From positions 1 through 37,819 of the forward strand of contig CAZPCB010000004.1 of assembly GCA_964585065.1 (NCBI GenBank): DNA of 37,819 bases, read 5' to 3'. The DNA comes from an uncultured Candidatus Saccharibacteria bacterium. Lineage in GTDB: Bacteria > Patescibacteriota > Minisyncoccia > SW-4-49-11. Every line of letters begins with the position of its first letter. Positions within the stretch are counted from its first letter, which is position 1. Under the pieces are notes generated by a model that did not search any database, was not told the DNA's origin, and was given only the letters and a program-made list of their open reading frames with translations. Below are positions 35,734-37,819 of the stretch, in pieces. A program made the translations under genes and the position numbers.

Positions 35734-37819
35734 ATGGGATATATACTCTTTAATATAGAGCAAGATCCTGTTATAGGATTTCAAATTGATCAACAAAAAA
35801 AACAAGAATCTAAGAGAAGAAACAGAATAATTGTTATTATTGCTATTCTTCTTGTTGTATTATTGATGGTGGGGATTTTTAATGGAATTATACCATCCTT
35901 ATTTAAGGGACAGAGTAATAAAGTACCTCTAGTAGATAATTCTAGACCACCTAAGGTTTTGTCGCCTACAAAACCTGATTCTCCTGTATTTAATACTCAA
36001 GATACTGCTATACAACAGTCTTTATCTGAACTTGCTATAAATGATAATATATCACCCGTAAAGAAATTAACAAGTTTACCAAAGTACAAATCAGTAGTAA
36101 ACCCTAGTATAGTAATTCCTACTATACCGAATACTCCAACAATCCCGAATACTCCAACAATCCCAATTATCCCTCCAGATACAGATAATGGAGAAGATGA
36201 TGATATAGATAATCCCTTGAACACAGCTACAGGAATACGAGATAGAGATTTTTATACAGGAGGACAGAGTGTTGAATTAGTTTCGAATCCAAATATTTAC
36301 ATTGATATTGAAAACTTTGATTTTCAAATATCACAAACCACTGTTTTAGCAATACAGAGTGACGGTAATATATTAGTAAATACATTTAATACTGAGTCTT
36401 ATATCAATAATATATTTAAAATGAATCAGGATGGGGATATAGATGAAAGTTTTGATTCAGGGGATATAAGTTGTTGTGTATTTGATATAAAGGAACAGTC
36501 AGATGGAAAGATATTAGTCGGAGGAGATTTTAATGAGTATCGAGGAGAATCAACTAATGGGATAGTTAGACTCAATAGTGATGGAAGCAGAGATACAAGT
36601 TTTAATATAGGGACAGGATTTGGTGGGAATGTAAATAATGGCGACTCTGTCAATACTTTAGCCATACAGGAAGATGGCAAGATAATAGTAGGGGGTAATT
36701 TTACTAGCTATAATGGTGTGGAGGCAAATAAGATTATACGACTCAATAGTGATGGAAGTAGAGATCTTAGTTTTGATATAGGGACAGGATTTCATAGTGG
36801 TGATGGTAGGGTCTTCGAATTAGCTATTCAAACAGATGGAAAGATATTGATAGGAGGAGAGTTTTGGAATTATAAAGGACAGTCTGCAAATGGAATAATA
36901 AGACTCAATTCAGATGGAAGTAGAGATCTTAGCTTTGATATACAAACAGGATTTGGGGGAGATGCAGTAACAAGTATAGTAGTACAAAGTGATGGAAATA
37001 TATTGGTAGGAGGAGATTTTCGAGCATATAAAAATAATTCAGTAAACAGATTGATTAGGTTAACAAGTGATGGTGAAACAGATCTCTCATTTAATGCAGA
37101 TATGTCTTTACCAAATATAAATAAATATTTTTATATACAAGATATTTATGAACAAAATGATGGCACATTATTTATCTCATTTCAGGGTGCCGTTGATACT
37201 ATTCAGGATTTTGGAAGGGGTTTTGTAAAACTAAATAGTAATGGAAGTAGAGATGCAAGTTTTAGTTTAGATTCAGCAAGAGTACGTCCTTTTGGTTTCC
37301 CTAACATTCCTAATAAAATTTTACTAGTTAATAACACTATTTTTACAGGAGGATTCATTGTAACAGTTGATAATTTATATAATGCTGATGGAGAATTGAT
37401 TGATATGCAGATGATAGATTTTGAAGACGAAGATTGGATTTATGACTTTTTTACTTATGGAGGAGCAATTGACTTAACTTTTGGAAGTATTCTGAAATTT
37501 AATTTGGATGGTAGTAGATCTACTGACTTTGAAAGTGAATGGTCACCTAGATTTAAAATTACCTACAAAATTTCTTTTGACTCAGATGTCAGTGTAGTTA
37601 CAACTCAAAACGATGGAAAGATATTGGTAGGAGGATATTTTAGCAATTATAAGGGAGAAGCAGCTAACAGAATAATTAGACTCAATACAGATGGAAGCCG
37701 AGATACAAGTTTTGATGTAGGGGGAGGATTTGATGGAAATGTAAATACTATAACCATACAGTCAGATGGAAAGATATTGGTAGGAGGATATTTTAGCAAT
37801 TATAAGGGAGAAGCAGCTA
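35734..37819 (+). CDS. Membrane-anchored delta-60-repeat (beta-propeller) surface protein, 3'-truncated by the window and missing from the ORF track
   Basis: I translated frame 1 by hand from the ATG at 35734 to the window end with no stop. TM helix (IIVIIAILLVVLLMVGIF), Pro/Thr-rich linker (PTIPNT repeats), then many Q.DGKILVGG.F...RLN.DGSRD.SF repeats. Confidence 0.9.
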   Translation, partial: MGYILFNIEQDPVIGFQIDQQKKQESKRRNRIIVIIAILLVVLLMVGIFNGIIPSLFKGQSNKVPLVDNSRPPKVLSPTKPDSPVFNTQDTAIQQSLSELAINDNISPVKKLTSLPKYKSVVNPSIVIPTIPNTPTIPNTPTIPIIPPDTDNGEDDDIDNPLNTATGIRDRDFYTGGQSVELVSNPNIYIDIENFDFQISQTTVLAIQSDGNILVNTFNTESYINNIFKMNQDGDIDESFDSGDISCCVFDIKEQSDGKILVGGDFNEYRGESTNGIVRLNSDGSRDTSFNIGTGFGGNVNNGDSVNTLAIQEDGKIIVGGNFTSYNGVEANKIIRLNSDGSRDLSFDIGTGFHSGDGRVFELAIQTDGKILIGGEFWNYKGQSANGIIRLNSDGSRDLSFDIQTGFGGDAVTSIVVQSDGNILVGGDFRAYKNNSVNRLIRLTSDGETDLSFNADMSLPNINKYFYIQDIYEQNDGTLFISFQGAVDTIQDFGRGFVKLNSNGSRDASFSLDSARVRPFGFPNIPNKILLVNNTIFTGGFIVTVDNLYNADGELIDMQMIDFEDEDWIYDFFTYGGAIDLTFGSILKFNLDGSRSTDFESEWSPRFKITYKISFDSDVSVVTTQNDGKILVGGYFSNYKGEAANRIIRLNTDGSRDTSFDVGGGFDGNVNTITIQSDGKILVGGYFSNYKGEAA
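37612..37819 (+). repeat. Identical 55-bp segments of adjacent delta-60 repeats (37612-37666 and 37765-37819)
   Basis: gatggaaagatattggtaggaggatattttagcaattataagggagaagcagcta occurs twice, 153 bp apart; the second copy runs to the window end. Confidence 0.9.

Noticed and set aside
2034-36680. Short antisense or nested ORFs in the track (e.g. 2034-2246, 2717-3010, 6266-6520, 11099-11305, 14884-15123, 23132-23437, 31711-31989, 35997-36224, 36426-36680)
   Set aside because: They are shadows of well-supported genes or RNA elements on the other strand or frame, with no recognisable motifs.
1-37819. Diversity-generating retroelement acting on pilin or surface-protein repeats
   Set aside because: No reverse transcriptase is present, and repeat differences are synonymous rather than adenine-specific.
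1-37819. CRISPR array, IS element or prophage
   Set aside because: No regularly spaced repeat-spacer series and no transposase, integrase or phage core genes. Phage-like domains occur only as pilin fusions.

Overview
AT-rich (roughly one-third GC by eye) bacterial chromosome segment in genetic code 11. It is most consistent with a Patescibacteria/CPR (Parcubacteria-like) genome; this is an inference from the short HrcA and UvrC, TrmB-type regulator, split ComEC, HQLRTP kinase, membrane-anchored Clp-type ATPase and absence of Shine-Dalgarno motifs. Content in order: a 5'-truncated Ig-repeat surface protein; corA; rluD; rfbB-rfbA-galU; tig; tRNA-Val(GAC) abutting a split comEC; a TrmB-like regulator; a stand-alone structured small RNA or micro-ORF candidate; a tight minus-strand smpB-ssrA-infC-rpmI-rplT run; a GT4 glycosyltransferase; ftsZ; tRNA-Glu(CTC); uvrC; a four-gene PspC / LiaF-toast-rack / membrane protein / membrane-anchored Clp ATPase operon; hrcA-grpE-wecA-like; a type IV pilus cluster with an embedded kinase and receiver pair; an inverted two-gene cassette of minor pilins fused to jelly-roll/phage-fibre-like domains; an FxLYD-like protein; rodA running into a parA 3' remnant; and a 3'-truncated delta-60-repeat surface protein. 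The best candidates for undescribed biology are (1) the Psp/Lia-linked, motif-degenerate membrane Clp ATPase module, (2) cargo-bearing tip pilins beside a 33-bp recombination scar, (3) the orphan small RNA, and (4) SD-less translation with near-universal U at -1 and coding sequences starting directly at tRNA/tmRNA 3' ends. No database searches or folding programs were run; family calls come from motif recognition.
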